Below the pieces are notes generated by a model. The model saw only the letters and a program-made list of their open reading frames with translations. It had not been told where the DNA came from and searched no databases. DNA of 64,000 nt, taken from the IMG/VR virus record IMGVR_UViG_3300025645_000069, positions 1,424-65,423 of that record; one strand, 5' to 3'. This document shows, in pieces, positions 37,472-47,494 of this stretch. Position 1 is the first letter of the stretch, and the number at the start of each line of letters is the position of its first letter. The stretch is from a virus. Taxonomy: Duplodnaviria > Caudoviricetes. Both the position numbers and the translations under genes were made by a program.

Positions 37472-39348
37472 TACAGTTCGTAGGAAATCCAAAACTCCTT
37501 GATTGCTGTGAAACCACTAACAACATTTGGCCTGTAGTAGAATATTGCAAAACTAAGAAAGTTATTGCAGTGGATACAGAAACTACAGGCTTATCCCATA
37601 CGTCAAGTGACATGATTATGTTACAAATAGGTGATAAAGATCGTCAGTTTGTAATAGACACAAGATATGTTGACGTAAAGCCACTAAGAATAATATTAGA
37701 AGATAGTAATATATTAAAGATACTACACAATGTTAAGTTTGACTATAAGTTTCTTATGAAACATAATATTAGACTTAATAATGTGTGGGATACTATGCTA
37801 ACTTCACAAGTTATACATTGTGGTAAGGATATGAGACACAGTTTAAACTCTGTGCTTAGTAGAGAACTAGAGATTGAGATGGACAAAACTGTTCGTCTTA
37901 ATTTCCTACTAAAAGGTAGTGATGAATTTACAGAATCAGAGATAATATACGGTGCTAAAGATGTAGAACATCTTGTGCAACTATATGAAAAACAGCTTAC
38001 TAAGGCTCAAAGTCTTGATGTATTACCAACAGTTCAACTAGAGAATAATGCAGCACTAGCGTACGCAGATATTGAGTACAATGGTATTGCACTAGATGTA
38101 AAAGGTTGGAATAAATTGACAGACAAAGCTACGCGTAAGGTTAAATCTATGGAACTTGTATTAGATGCATACATAGAATCTAACGCAGCACTTAATAAGT
38201 TTGTAAGTTCTTATATCCAAGGAGACTTATTTATAAGCACTGAAGAAATAAGAAAGGTGAATGTTAAATGGAGCTCACCAAAGCAAGTACTAGATGTATT
38301 TAAAACATATGGACTTAAGGTAGAAGATGTAAACGGTAAGAACTTACACGTTTATAGTAAAGATCCTTTTGTCAAAACATATATTAAATACAAAGAACAA
38401 GCTAAACTATCTACAAGTTATGGAACTAAGTTCCTAGACAATGTAGATGATGACGGCAGAATTCGTACTAGCTTTAAACAAATACTAAATACAGGTAGAG
38501 TTGCATCAGGTAAGCCTAACATGCAACAGATACCTGCAGATAACGACTATCGTAACTGCTTTATAAGCGGATTACCTGGTTGGGTGTTTGTATCAGGTGA
38601 CTACAGCTCGCAAGAGTTGTGTATTATAGCCACAGGGAGTAAAGATCCCGTGTGGATTAAAGCACTAGAAGAAGGTAAAGACCTTCATAGTGTGTGCGCA
38701 GATTTAGTTTATGGTAGAGAGTGGTATGAAGCCGCTGAAGAAAACTGTGCTTATTTTGTAGGCGATGCCAAACAAAAATGTAATTGCAAAGAACATAAAA
38801 GACTGCGTACAAATGTAAAAAGTATAAACTTCGGTTTAGCCTATGGTATGGGGCCACACAAACTAGCTGACACATTGCTTATCAGTATTAAGGAAGCAGA
38901 AAGATTAATTCAGAAATACTTTACAGCATTTCCTGCAATTAAAAATTTTCTAGAGTCTCTTGGTAATTATGGTAAGCACAATGGGTATATTAAAACATAT
39001 GCACCGTACAGACGTATCAGATGGTTTGAAGAGTGGAAGGGTATAAATACAGACAAAGCTATGCTAGGTAAGATAGAGCGTGCAAGCAAGAACACACCAA
39101 TTCAAGGTAGTGGTGCTGACATGTGTAAATCTGCACTAGTTATTGTACGTGATTATATCCATGATAACAAATTACCTGTTAAACTAGTGATGACAGTTCA
39201 TGATCAAATTGACACTATAGTACACGAAAGTTATAAAGACGAGTGGTGTACTAAACTTCAAGAGCTTATGGAACAATCAACACTAGATATTATACCATCA
39301 GGGCTACTAAAAGCAGAGACAGAAATATCAACAGTATGGAAAAAGTAA
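37468..39348 (+). CDS. polA: DNA polymerase family A with 3'-5' exonuclease
   Basis: Exonuclease motifs AVDTETTG, HNVKFD and YGAKDV; TGRVASGKPNMQQIP; motif A DYSSQEL; motif B RTNVKSINFGLAYG; motif C VHDQI. Confidence 0.95.
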   Translation: MIQFVGNPKLLDCCETTNNIWPVVEYCKTKKVIAVDTETTGLSHTSSDMIMLQIGDKDRQFVIDTRYVDVKPLRIILEDSNILKILHNVKFDYKFLMKHNIRLNNVWDTMLTSQVIHCGKDMRHSLNSVLSRELEIEMDKTVRLNFLLKGSDEFTESEIIYGAKDVEHLVQLYEKQLTKAQSLDVLPTVQLENNAALAYADIEYNGIALDVKGWNKLTDKATRKVKSMELVLDAYIESNAALNKFVSSYIQGDLFISTEEIRKVNVKWSSPKQVLDVFKTYGLKVEDVNGKNLHVYSKDPFVKTYIKYKEQAKLSTSYGTKFLDNVDDDGRIRTSFKQILNTGRVASGKPNMQQIPADNDYRNCFISGLPGWVFVSGDYSSQELCIIATGSKDPVWIKALEEGKDLHSVCADLVYGREWYEAAEENCAYFVGDAKQKCNCKEHKRLRTNVKSINFGLAYGMGPHKLADTLLISIKEAERLIQKYFTAFPAIKNFLESLGNYGKHNGYIKTYAPYRRIRWFEEWKGINTDKAMLGKIERASKNTPIQGSGADMCKSALVIVRDYIHDNKLPVKLVMTVHDQIDTIVHESYKDEWCTKLQELMEQSTLDIIPSGLLKAETEISTVWKK

Positions 39349-39623
39349 AAGACACAGCAGGAAACGAGTTAACTGCAGGTGATTATGTTGTAGTACAAGG
39401 ATGGAGAGGGCTTCAGCCTGCAAAAGTGAGAACCTTCTCATCGTCATGTATGATATGTGACGCTCCTGTATTAGGTTATAAGGGCAATAAAAGCATGATG
39501 CGGTTGCAACCTTATTTACCTAATCATGCTCACACAGCAAAAGACAAGGATTATCCTGATAGGATGCTAAAAGTACTTAAAATAACTCAACAGCAATATG
39601 ACAACTTCGAGCAGAACCTCTAG
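39336..39623 (+). CDS. Hypothetical protein (SH3/KOW-like start)
   Basis: 95 aa with KD..GNEL..GDYVV. Confidence 0.55.
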   Translation: MEKVKDTAGNELTAGDYVVVQGWRGLQPAKVRTFSSSCMICDAPVLGYKGNKSMMRLQPYLPNHAHTAKDKDYPDRMLKVLKITQQQYDNFEQNL

Positions 39624-40773
39624 ACAGATAGAGATAGTTCAAAAGTTTGCTGATAACAAAGGTAGAGGTACATTACTAGCAGCTACAGGCTTTGGTAAGA
39701 CTTACACAGCAATCATGGTTATACTACGATTGCTTAAGTCTAGGCCAAACGCTAAAGTTATAGTAGTTGTACCAACTATTAATCTTAAAAATCAGTGGAA
39801 CACAGAGTTACGCAAGAATAAGATTAAACAGTATTGCAATGTAATTGTAATTAACACTGCTTACAAGTCTAAAGCTAAATGTGATCTATTAATATGTGAT
39901 GAGATGCATGCTTATGGTGCTGAACAGTTTATTAAAGTATTTAATAAAATTACATATGATTTTATATTTGGTTTAACAGCTACAATAGAGCGTACAGATG
40001 GTATGCATGAGGTATTGCTAGAATATGCACCTGTTATTGATGAAGTTCCTATCGAGGAATGCCATACAAATGGGTGGGTAAGCGATTATCTTGTGTACAA
40101 TCTTGCAGTACCTATGTTAGAAGATGAGCAATCTAGTTACGACAGTGCTAATAAGAAGTTTAGGTATGCAGCAAGTCAAATAGGTTTTGGAGGTTCGCAA
40201 TCATTTAATAATGCTAAACGTTATTTAAATGATAAAGACGCAGATCCTCATAAACGTGCAATGGCTGCTATATACTACAATTCTATGCGTACTCGTGGTG
40301 ATATATGTAAAAACTCACAAGCTAAAATACCTGTAATTAAAGAATTACTAGAGAAATTTAATGACCGTAAGGCATTATTATTTAGTGCATCAACTAAATT
40401 TGCAGATGATGTACAGGAAGAGCTTGGAGATATATGTTTAAGTTTTCATAGTAAACGTACTAAGAAAGAGCAAGCGTTAATACTTAAGAAATTTAAAGAT
40501 GGTAGAACAAAACAACGTATAATCAGTAGTGTTAAAGCTCTGAATGCAGGTTTTGACGTACCTGATTGTTCTTTAGGTATTGTAGCTGCAGGTAGTTCTA
40601 AGAAACTTGATAATATACAACGTACTGGACGTATCATAAGATATGTGCCAGGTAAAACAGCAATTATTATTAATCTTTATGCTCCTAACACACAAGAAGT
40701 TTCGTGGCTTAACAAGCGACAAGAAGGACAAATTGTAAAATGGGTGGATAGTGTAGAAGAAATAACAGTTTAA
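39598..40773 (+). CDS. Superfamily 2 helicase (ResIII/XPB-like)
   Basis: ATGFGKT, DEMH, GLTAT, GFDVPD and QRTGRIIR motifs. Confidence 0.9.
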   Translation: MTTSSRTSRQIEIVQKFADNKGRGTLLAATGFGKTYTAIMVILRLLKSRPNAKVIVVVPTINLKNQWNTELRKNKIKQYCNVIVINTAYKSKAKCDLLICDEMHAYGAEQFIKVFNKITYDFIFGLTATIERTDGMHEVLLEYAPVIDEVPIEECHTNGWVSDYLVYNLAVPMLEDEQSSYDSANKKFRYAASQIGFGGSQSFNNAKRYLNDKDADPHKRAMAAIYYNSMRTRGDICKNSQAKIPVIKELLEKFNDRKALLFSASTKFADDVQEELGDICLSFHSKRTKKEQALILKKFKDGRTKQRIISSVKALNAGFDVPDCSLGIVAAGSSKKLDNIQRTGRIIRYVPGKTAIIINLYAPNTQEVSWLNKRQEGQIVKWVDSVEEITV

Positions 40774-40901
40774 ACATAGCTAGTGGTAATGTCTCAACAA
40801 TACCAATAAGACTACAAGCTGTGTAAATTAGGTAAGAGAATTGAGTACCCTCTTTTAAGACCGTGATTCCAGGCGATACTGCCAAACCACATGGCGCCTA
40901 T
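40774..40901 (+). ncRNA. Candidate structured intergenic RNA(s)
   Basis: ACATAGCT/AGCTGTGT enclosing TGGTA/TACCA; then TAGG/CCTA enclosing AAGAG/CTCTT, CCGTG/CATGG and GGC/GCC. Confidence 0.4.
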
Positions 40902-40928
40902 TTTATATTATTAACTAAAAACTAAATT

Positions 40929-41204
40929 ATGATTAAAATTATAGCATTAGGTGTAGTATGCCTGATAGGTCTGTACTTAGTATGGATGATGATTAAAACA
41001 AAATCAATTAAAGATGTGCATATAAATGCAACAGCTTATAACTTAAAAAAACACAAAAACAATGGCTCTAACGCAGGAAGAAAAAATAAACAAAATAGTA
41101 GAAGTACTGGAAAAGCACAACAAGGTACACGAAACCATGGAAAGTCAGCTAAAACTAATAGCAGACTTTCTAAACGAAACGTCAGAACAAGTACTAAAGA
41201 TTAA
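40929..41204 (+). CDS. Small membrane-anchored protein
   Basis: Hydrophobic N-terminal helix. The C-terminal half overlaps 41062-41244. Confidence 0.5.
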   Translation: MIKIIALGVVCLIGLYLVWMMIKTKSIKDVHINATAYNLKKHKNNGSNAGRKNKQNSRSTGKAQQGTRNHGKSAKTNSRLSKRNVRTSTKD

Positions 41205-41244
41205 AAAACAATTGCTGCGTGATACTACAGAAAGTAACGCGTAA
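41062..41244 (+). CDS. Small coiled-coil protein
   Basis: 60 aa with A-rich leader and amphipathic helix. Confidence 0.55.
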   Translation: MALTQEEKINKIVEVLEKHNKVHETMESQLKLIADFLNETSEQVLKIKKQLLRDTTESNA

Positions 41245-42076
41245 ATCAATGTTGATAAGACCATCAGGTCGTAGCACAGATTTCATATCTCCGTCATTTG
41301 GCTACGGTTGTTTATACAATTGCTCATATTGTTACATGAAACGACACAAACCTGATGGTCTATCAATATCTACAAACACAGGCGACATACTTACAGCAAT
41401 AAATAACCATGCATATTTTACACCTGTAAATAAACCTAATCAAACGCACGCAGACTATACTACTTACGACATTAGTTGTAACGAAGACTTTGCACTGCAT
41501 GCTAAATATCATGATTGGGAAAGGATCTTTGAATTCTTTAGAACTCATCCTGTTGCGATGGGTGCATTTGCTACTAAATATGTTAACCCTAATCTAATTA
41601 ACTTTGATCCGCAAGGTAAAATACGTATTAGATTTAGTTTGATGCCACAGCACATGTCTGACATTCATGAGCCTAACACATCTAAAATCATTGATAGAAT
41701 TAAAGCTATTGATGCATTTATAGATGCAGGGTATGATGTCCATGTAAACTTTAGTCCTGTCATTGTAGAAGATGATTGGCTAGAGGATTATGAATATTTG
41801 TTTGATATGATGAACGATTATGTTGATTATAAAGATCAAGTACATGCAGAAGTAATATTTTTAACACACAACGAAAAGAAACATGAAGAGAATCTGAAGA
41901 AACACCCTGAAACAGAACTACACCTATGGAATCCTGCAATACAGGAAGAGAAAATCTCGCAGTATGGTGGAACTAACATAAGGTATGCTAAACATTTGAA
42001 GCCATTGTATATAGATGCATTTAAGGCTTTGCACGAAAGAGTTATACCTTGGAATAAAATCAGATACATATTTTGA
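41219..42076 (+). CDS. Spore photoproduct lyase-like radical SAM protein
   Basis: GCLYNCSYCY (CxxxCxxC), YDISCNED, FATKY, RIRFSL, and the E..TS.I.DRI.A......GY.V...FSPVI pattern of the SplB family. Confidence 0.8.
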   Translation: MILQKVTRKSMLIRPSGRSTDFISPSFGYGCLYNCSYCYMKRHKPDGLSISTNTGDILTAINNHAYFTPVNKPNQTHADYTTYDISCNEDFALHAKYHDWERIFEFFRTHPVAMGAFATKYVNPNLINFDPQGKIRIRFSLMPQHMSDIHEPNTSKIIDRIKAIDAFIDAGYDVHVNFSPVIVEDDWLEDYEYLFDMMNDYVDYKDQVHAEVIFLTHNEKKHEENLKKHPETELHLWNPAIQEEKISQYGGTNIRYAKHLKPLYIDAFKALHERVIPWNKIRYIF

Positions 42077-42330
42077 AAAAAGGATACCACGACTACATTC
42101 CTATTGATAAGAAATCATTTCTTTCTAAAGGAAGAGAAACTGAATACTGGAAAGAAAGGCATGCTAAACAAGTAGCAGCTAATAATAAACCAGGTTTTGT
42201 AACTAAAAGCAGTTTTGAATTAATATTTGGGTTTGGATACCCTAAAACGTATAACACACCGAGTGTTATGAAAACTTATAAATACCCTAAAAACGACGGA
42301 AGCAATGGCAAAGTTAGTAAATTTCGATGA
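42073..42330 (+). CDS. Hypothetical protein
   Basis: 85 aa with TTG start overlapping the upstream stop. Confidence 0.5.
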   Translation: MKKGYHDYIPIDKKSFLSKGRETEYWKERHAKQVAANNKPGFVTKSSFELIFGFGYPKTYNTPSVMKTYKYPKNDGSNGKVSKFR

Positions 42331-43057
42331 TCTTAGTATGATAGCAGTACCTGAACGTACTGAGACTTACATACCAGTGAGTCACCAAGAGTTAGTAACA
42401 AAAGTAAAGAAAGCAGGAATGCTTAAGTATGGTAGAGAGCCTATTTCACAAAAGCTAGAAGTAAATCACAGAGGACAACAGATGTTTGGCTCTATGGTAT
42501 TTCCAAGCAGTGATAAAAACTCTGATATATCCATAGGATTTCGTAATTCGTATGATAAAACATTACCAATAGGCTTATGTGCAGGCTCACAAATTTACGT
42601 GTGTTCTAACTTAATGTTTGTAGGTGATATTGTAAAATTACGTAAGCACACTCAGAATATTGAGAGTGATATGGATGCATTGATTGCAGAATTGTTTACA
42701 CAAACTGATAAACTGCACAACAAAGCTCAAGAAGATGCTAGTTATATGCATGACATACCTCTTGACAACAAACAAGTAGGTGATTACTTTGGTCAATTGT
42801 TTGTAAACGAGAACATTTTAAATGGTTCGCAACTTAAAACAGCTACTAAAGAGTGGTTTGAGTCTGAAGTGTTTAAAGCTAGAAACCTATGGTCTGCTTA
42901 CAATGCGTGTACTGAAGCTCTTAAAACTTCACACCCATCAAATGCTTTGGAAAACTACACTAAATTACATACATTTACAGAAGAATATATTCTAAATGAC
43001 TATAAGAAGCATTTTAACAAGCAAATGGCTGAAATGGAAGGATATATTGAAATATAA
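42305..43057 (+). CDS. DUF932-family protein
   Basis: Y.PVSH, NSYD, VCSN.M, KHT and NLWSAYNA.TE motifs. Confidence 0.75.
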   Translation: MAKLVNFDDLSMIAVPERTETYIPVSHQELVTKVKKAGMLKYGREPISQKLEVNHRGQQMFGSMVFPSSDKNSDISIGFRNSYDKTLPIGLCAGSQIYVCSNLMFVGDIVKLRKHTQNIESDMDALIAELFTQTDKLHNKAQEDASYMHDIPLDNKQVGDYFGQLFVNENILNGSQLKTATKEWFESEVFKARNLWSAYNACTEALKTSHPSNALENYTKLHTFTEEYILNDYKKHFNKQMAEMEGYIEI

Positions 43058-43063
43058 TGTAAT

Positions 43064-43291
43064 ATGAAAAACAGTCCCTACAAAGGAAAAGATTTAAATT
43101 TTAATGAAATTTGGCATTTAATACAAATGTTAAAATTCTATTATGAGGACATTATGTTGCTGACTCCCAAGAGTATAGCAGACATTATAAAGGTAGAATT
43201 TGATTGTACAATACAAGAAAATGACGTATCTTTAAACCTCCTTCTAGCACATCGTAGAGACAGTCACGGTAATTTAAAATGTTATGAGTAA
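43064..43291 (+). CDS. Hypothetical protein
   Basis: 75-aa ORF in the operon. Confidence 0.55.
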   Translation: MKNSPYKGKDLNFNEIWHLIQMLKFYYEDIMLLTPKSIADIIKVEFDCTIQENDVSLNLLLAHRRDSHGNLKCYE

Positions 43292-43436
43292 TTGTATACA
43301 ATGTGAAGATGGATTAAAATGTTTACCAGATGAAAGTTTGGTGATCTTAACTGAAGAGGAACTCGATAAATATTTAAATTGCGATGAAAGTATCTTTGAA
43401 CTTAACCAAGTTGAAAGGCAATCATCTCACACCTAG
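43284..43436 (+). CDS. 50-aa acidic Cys-containing peptide (not in the ORF track)
   Basis: MSNCIQCEDGLKCLPDESLVILTEEELDKYLNCDESIFELNQVERQSSHT fills the gap between two genes. Confidence 0.5.
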   Translation: MSNCIQCEDGLKCLPDESLVILTEEELDKYLNCDESIFELNQVERQSSHT

Positions 43437-43923
43437 CGAATTTGTTTATATGCTTCTTAAAAGTGAAGGAGACAAACAAGTTCAAAAGTACTTAGAAATT
43501 TTACCCGTTGACAGAGAAAAACTACAGACACGAGGCTTTGTGAAAATAATGCCCGATGAGTCACTTACACTCCGTCAAAAAGCGTTGGATTTGTTTAAAG
43601 TACGAGGTTGCGAAGATTGTTGGAATCAATTTGCAATTGCCTATCCTAGAAAAGATAGAGGTAGGCCTCTCCACAATGACATGAAGCGTAATAAGCTTAA
43701 ATACATAGCATTGATAGAGAGAAAACCAGACTTGCATGAGACTATAATCAAAGCTATTGCAGCAGAACATGAAGATAGGAAGCAAGCAAGTTACACTAAT
43801 GATTTTCGTCCGCCGTGGAAGATGATGTCATCATATTTAAACCAAGAAGCTTGGACTATGTATGAAGGCATTGAACCTGAAGCACCTAAAGACGAACAAA
43901 ACTATGGAGGAGATTTAATATGA
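43384..43923 (+). CDS. Putative replication initiator/helicase loader
   Basis: W..F..AYPRK and SSYLNQEAW motifs, wHTH-like N-terminus, coupled to DnaB. Confidence 0.6.
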   Translation: MKVSLNLTKLKGNHLTPSEFVYMLLKSEGDKQVQKYLEILPVDREKLQTRGFVKIMPDESLTLRQKALDLFKVRGCEDCWNQFAIAYPRKDRGRPLHNDMKRNKLKYIALIERKPDLHETIIKAIAAEHEDRKQASYTNDFRPPWKMMSSYLNQEAWTMYEGIEPEAPKDEQNYGGDLI

Positions 43924-44921
43924 GTGAAGAACAAAAGCCATTACCGTGGCGTCACATATCAGAAGCATCTAGTGCAGCATTACGCTACATAGATGGTAGA
44001 CGTAAAGGTGAAATTAAATCTCTTGCTACACCTTGGAAAAAGTTTAACAACATTTCTATGGGCGGTATCGAATGGCAGACTATCACAACTATTGCTGGTA
44101 TGTCTGGTAGCGGTAAAACCGCAGTGCTAGGTCAACTTGAGACAGGATTGAAAGATCTTAACGAAAAGGATGACTTTGCAATACTCTCATTTAACTTTGA
44201 GATGCTTTCTTCTCGGCTAATTGGCCGTAAACTTAGTAATAAGATGAAACTTACTACACAGCAACTATATAGTGCGTCAGAAAACTTTAAGTTAAATGAC
44301 AATTACTATATGAACGCAGTACAAGAAGCACGCAAGTTAAATAAGTATGATATAAACTACGTAGATATACCAGGTAGTGTTAAAGCTCTAGAAGCAACTA
44401 TATTAAAGTTTTCTAAAGAGAAAGACAAACCTGTTATAATTATGTTAGATCATACTCTTCTTGTAAAGAAGGTTGGAGGTGCACAAGATAGAGATCTTCT
44501 CTATGATTTGATGGCTATGTTTAATGGATTAAAGAAAGTTATTAGAGTATCATTTATTCTAATATCTCAAATGAACCGTAACATAGAGAATTCAGAGCGT
44601 ATCCAAAACCCTGATTTACATTACCCTAAGAAGCAAGACATCTTTGGTGCAGATGCATGTTATATGTATTCTGACATTGTAGTGGTAACACACCGCCCAG
44701 AGATGCTTGGTATTAGGGCATATGGCCCAAAGAGATGGCCTACAACTAATGCTATATTTTGGCATTACTTGAAGGTCAGGGAGGGCGAGCCTTGCATTGC
44801 ACTTATGGAGAATGATTTGGCGCATAATCAAATATTAGATGCTAAACCACCAAACTATTCAGGCAATGAAAGTCAAAAAGTACGAGAAGAGAGTGTCAGC
44901 AATACTACTCAACAAGGCTAA
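43920..44921 (+). CDS. dnaB: DnaB-like replicative helicase
   Basis: IAGMSGSGKT, FNFEM, IMLDH, ISQMNR and K.REG motifs. Confidence 0.88.
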   Translation: MSEEQKPLPWRHISEASSAALRYIDGRRKGEIKSLATPWKKFNNISMGGIEWQTITTIAGMSGSGKTAVLGQLETGLKDLNEKDDFAILSFNFEMLSSRLIGRKLSNKMKLTTQQLYSASENFKLNDNYYMNAVQEARKLNKYDINYVDIPGSVKALEATILKFSKEKDKPVIIMLDHTLLVKKVGGAQDRDLLYDLMAMFNGLKKVIRVSFILISQMNRNIENSERIQNPDLHYPKKQDIFGADACYMYSDIVVVTHRPEMLGIRAYGPKRWPTTNAIFWHYLKVREGEPCIALMENDLAHNQILDAKPPNYSGNESQKVREESVSNTTQQG

Positions 44922-45162
44922 AGCTAGAGACTGCGATTACGTTCTATATGGTTTTATCTTATTGGCTTACAATATTGATATAACAACTCTAAGCACTAGA
45001 GATTTTCTAAAAGGTTTACACAGCAAACAATACCCGTCTTTCGAGGGGGTAGGACGTTGTCGACGTAAATTACAAGAAAAACATCCTGAGCTTAGAGGTA
45101 CCAAATGGAATGCAAGACACGCAGAACAAGAAAAAGTAAAAACCGAAATAAATTTATTTTAA
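44866..45162 (+). CDS. Hypothetical protein
   Basis: PSFE.V.RCRRKLQE.HPELRG motif. The likely start is the second Met of the ORF-track entry 44839-45162. Confidence 0.6.
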   Translation: MKVKKYEKRVSAILLNKAKARDCDYVLYGFILLAYNIDITTLSTRDFLKGLHSKQYPSFEGVGRCRRKLQEKHPELRGTKWNARHAEQEKVKTEINLF

Positions 45163-45843
45163 ATGGCACAAGAACTATTAATAGTTGGCGCAAGTGGTAC
45201 AGGGAAATCCACTTCAATTGAAAACCTAAACCCTGAGTCCACATTCATTGTTAACGTAGCTCGTAAGGCGTTACCATTCAAAGGATGGAAGACTAAATAC
45301 CCTACATTCAACAAAGATAATCCTGACGGTAGATTTCACTCTAGTGATGTCCCACACGAGATTCTCAAATGTTTGAATTACATTAATGACAAACGTCCTG
45401 AAATAAAGACAATTGTTATTGATGACTATCAATACACTATGGCTAACGAGTATATGCGTAGAGCTAACGAAACTGGTTTCAAAAAGTTTACTGAGATTGC
45501 TCAGAACGCTTGGTCGATAATCAATGCAGTTAAATCTATGCGTGACGATTTGCTTGTAGTATTTATGATGCACTCAGAAGTTACATTCGATTCCCACGGT
45601 AACAAAGTTACTAAGGCAAAGACTATCGGTAAAATGATGGACAATGTAGTTACTCTAGAGGGTATGTTTACTATTGTATTGTATACAGACGTTACTAAGA
45701 GCGAGACAGGTATGGACTATTCATTCATAACACAGAATGATGGTGCTAACACAGGTAAAGCTCCTAAAGACATGTTTGGGTCTGTTAAAATTCCAAACGA
45801 TTTAAACTTGGTAGCAGAGGCTATCGAAGAGTATAACAATTAA
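45163..45843 (+). CDS. AAA_24/Sak4-like ATPase (recombination)
   Basis: GASGTGKS, IVIDD.QY, KTIGKM and EGMFTIVL motifs, upstream of an SSB-like gene. Confidence 0.8.
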   Translation: MAQELLIVGASGTGKSTSIENLNPESTFIVNVARKALPFKGWKTKYPTFNKDNPDGRFHSSDVPHEILKCLNYINDKRPEIKTIVIDDYQYTMANEYMRRANETGFKKFTEIAQNAWSIINAVKSMRDDLLVVFMMHSEVTFDSHGNKVTKAKTIGKMMDNVVTLEGMFTIVLYTDVTKSETGMDYSFITQNDGANTGKAPKDMFGSVKIPNDLNLVAEAIEEYNN

Positions 45844-45866
45844 TTAATTTCTAAAAGAGAGAAAAA

Positions 45867-46421
45867 ATGTACGGAAGTAACGTAGAAAGTAACAGTACTG
45901 GTGGAGTAATGCCAGCAGTAGGTATTCAAGAGAATTGTGAATTAGTAAATGTAACGCTTAACATGGATCAAGGCGGAAGACTTGACTTTGAGTTTAAGCA
46001 ATCTAATGGTGCATCAGTGAAGCATGCAGAATTTCCTGCTAACCCAGATTATGGTGATGTAGAAAAGCAAGCAACTGATGTATCTCGTCGTGTAAAGCAT
46101 ATTGCTACTAAGTTTATGCCTGAAGCAGATTTTGTTATAGACAATGTAACAACATTTGCAGAGTATGGTAATAAAGTTATTGCTTTGTTTGGTAAGAAGT
46201 ATGCAGGTAGAAAGTTTAGAATGCTATTTATCTACAAAGGTAAGTATGTATCTCTTCCTAAATACCCTAACTTTATCGAGCCTATGGAGATAGCTGCAAC
46301 TAGCACTAACATCTATATCTCAGAGTGGAACAAGAAGAAACTTGTTAAGCCTGAGCCAGATGCTCCAGTAGGAAACCCTACAACAGTATTAGCAACAGGA
46401 GGATCTGATATGCCGTTCTAA
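45867..46421 (+). CDS. Single-stranded DNA-binding protein (putative)
   Basis: 184 aa with a C-terminal SDMPF tail, between the Sak4-like ATPase and the primase. Confidence 0.65.
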   Translation: MYGSNVESNSTGGVMPAVGIQENCELVNVTLNMDQGGRLDFEFKQSNGASVKHAEFPANPDYGDVEKQATDVSRRVKHIATKFMPEADFVIDNVTTFAEYGNKVIALFGKKYAGRKFRMLFIYKGKYVSLPKYPNFIEPMEIAATSTNIYISEWNKKKLVKPEPDAPVGNPTTVLATGGSDMPF

Positions 46422-47494
46422 TGTACGGTAGCCGAGTAGTAGAACTTAGTGATGAAGAGATTCTAGGGAGAATTAACTCTCTAGACATCTTTTCGTACTA
46501 CATAGGCAAAGATTTTAAGTATGGGAGAGCTATGTGCTCTCCTTTACGTAAAGACAGATCTCCGTCTTTTACAGTTTTCAAACATAGTAGCGGTAAGTAT
46601 TTCTTTAAAGATTTCAGTACGGGTGAGTCAGGCGATTGTTTCACTTTTCTCACTAAACTGTTTGGCTTAAAAAGATTTGATACTTACAGGTTGATAGACA
46701 ATGACTTTCAGCTTGGTATTTCTACTAAATCTTTTACAACACCTACTAAACAATATGTAGGTGAGCACATAAAAGAGTATGAAAACTTAAAACCATCTAC
46801 TACTACAATACAAATTAAATCACGTCCCTGGAATACCCAAGAGGATAAAACTTTTTGGTCTAAATATGGAATATGTTGTAAGATACTTAGTAAATATAAT
46901 GTACGAGCTGCCGCTAATGTGTGGGTTAATGATAACCTTATTGTTAGCAGTAATCGTTATAATCCTATTTATGCTTATCATTTCCCTAATGGAAAAATGA
47001 AAATATATCAACCATATAGTAAATTTAAATGGTTAAGTAATACTAGCGTGTCTGATCTACAAGGGTTGAGCCAACTTCCACTTCGGGGGGACACGTTAGT
47101 TATTACTAAATCATTAAAAGATGTTATGTGTTTGGATGTATTTGGAATACCCTCTGTGGCACCTTCGTCAGAAAGTTGTGTCATTCCTGCAGATGTTGTT
47201 AAGGACTTAACTGACAGATTTGCAAGAATATACATATTATATGACTTTGATCGCACTGGAATATCTTTTGCTAATAGACATAGGAAACTGTATGGATTTA
47301 TACCGTTATTTTTCACTAATGGAAAATTTAATACCTTTGACTACAAATCAAAAGATTTTTCGGACTTTATAGCTCTTAATGGAGTTAGGGGTGCGGCCGA
47401 ACTAATAGAATATGTATGCCAAGAGGAATATTTATACCAGGGAACGTCCCATCAAGCAAGAATGGGAGAAGATGGACAGGGAGATACTTTATAG
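46421..47494 (+). CDS. DNA primase (crAss-like)
   Basis: SPLRKD..PSF...KDF..G..GD N-terminal domain; TOPRIM-like ITKSLKDVM, APSSE, YDFD..G and KDFSD. Confidence 0.85.
   Translation: MYGSRVVELSDEEILGRINSLDIFSYYIGKDFKYGRAMCSPLRKDRSPSFTVFKHSSGKYFFKDFSTGESGDCFTFLTKLFGLKRFDTYRLIDNDFQLGISTKSFTTPTKQYVGEHIKEYENLKPSTTTIQIKSRPWNTQEDKTFWSKYGICCKILSKYNVRAAANVWVNDNLIVSSNRYNPIYAYHFPNGKMKIYQPYSKFKWLSNTSVSDLQGLSQLPLRGDTLVITKSLKDVMCLDVFGIPSVAPSSESCVIPADVVKDLTDRFARIYILYDFDRTGISFANRHRKLYGFIPLFFTNGKFNTFDYKSKDFSDFIALNGVRGAAELIEYVCQEEYLYQGTSHQARMGEDGQGDTL

Noticed and set aside
28033-39348. Introns/inteins in terL, capsid or polA
   Set aside because: Protein lengths are ordinary, motifs are contiguous, and no intein termini or homing endonuclease motifs are seen.
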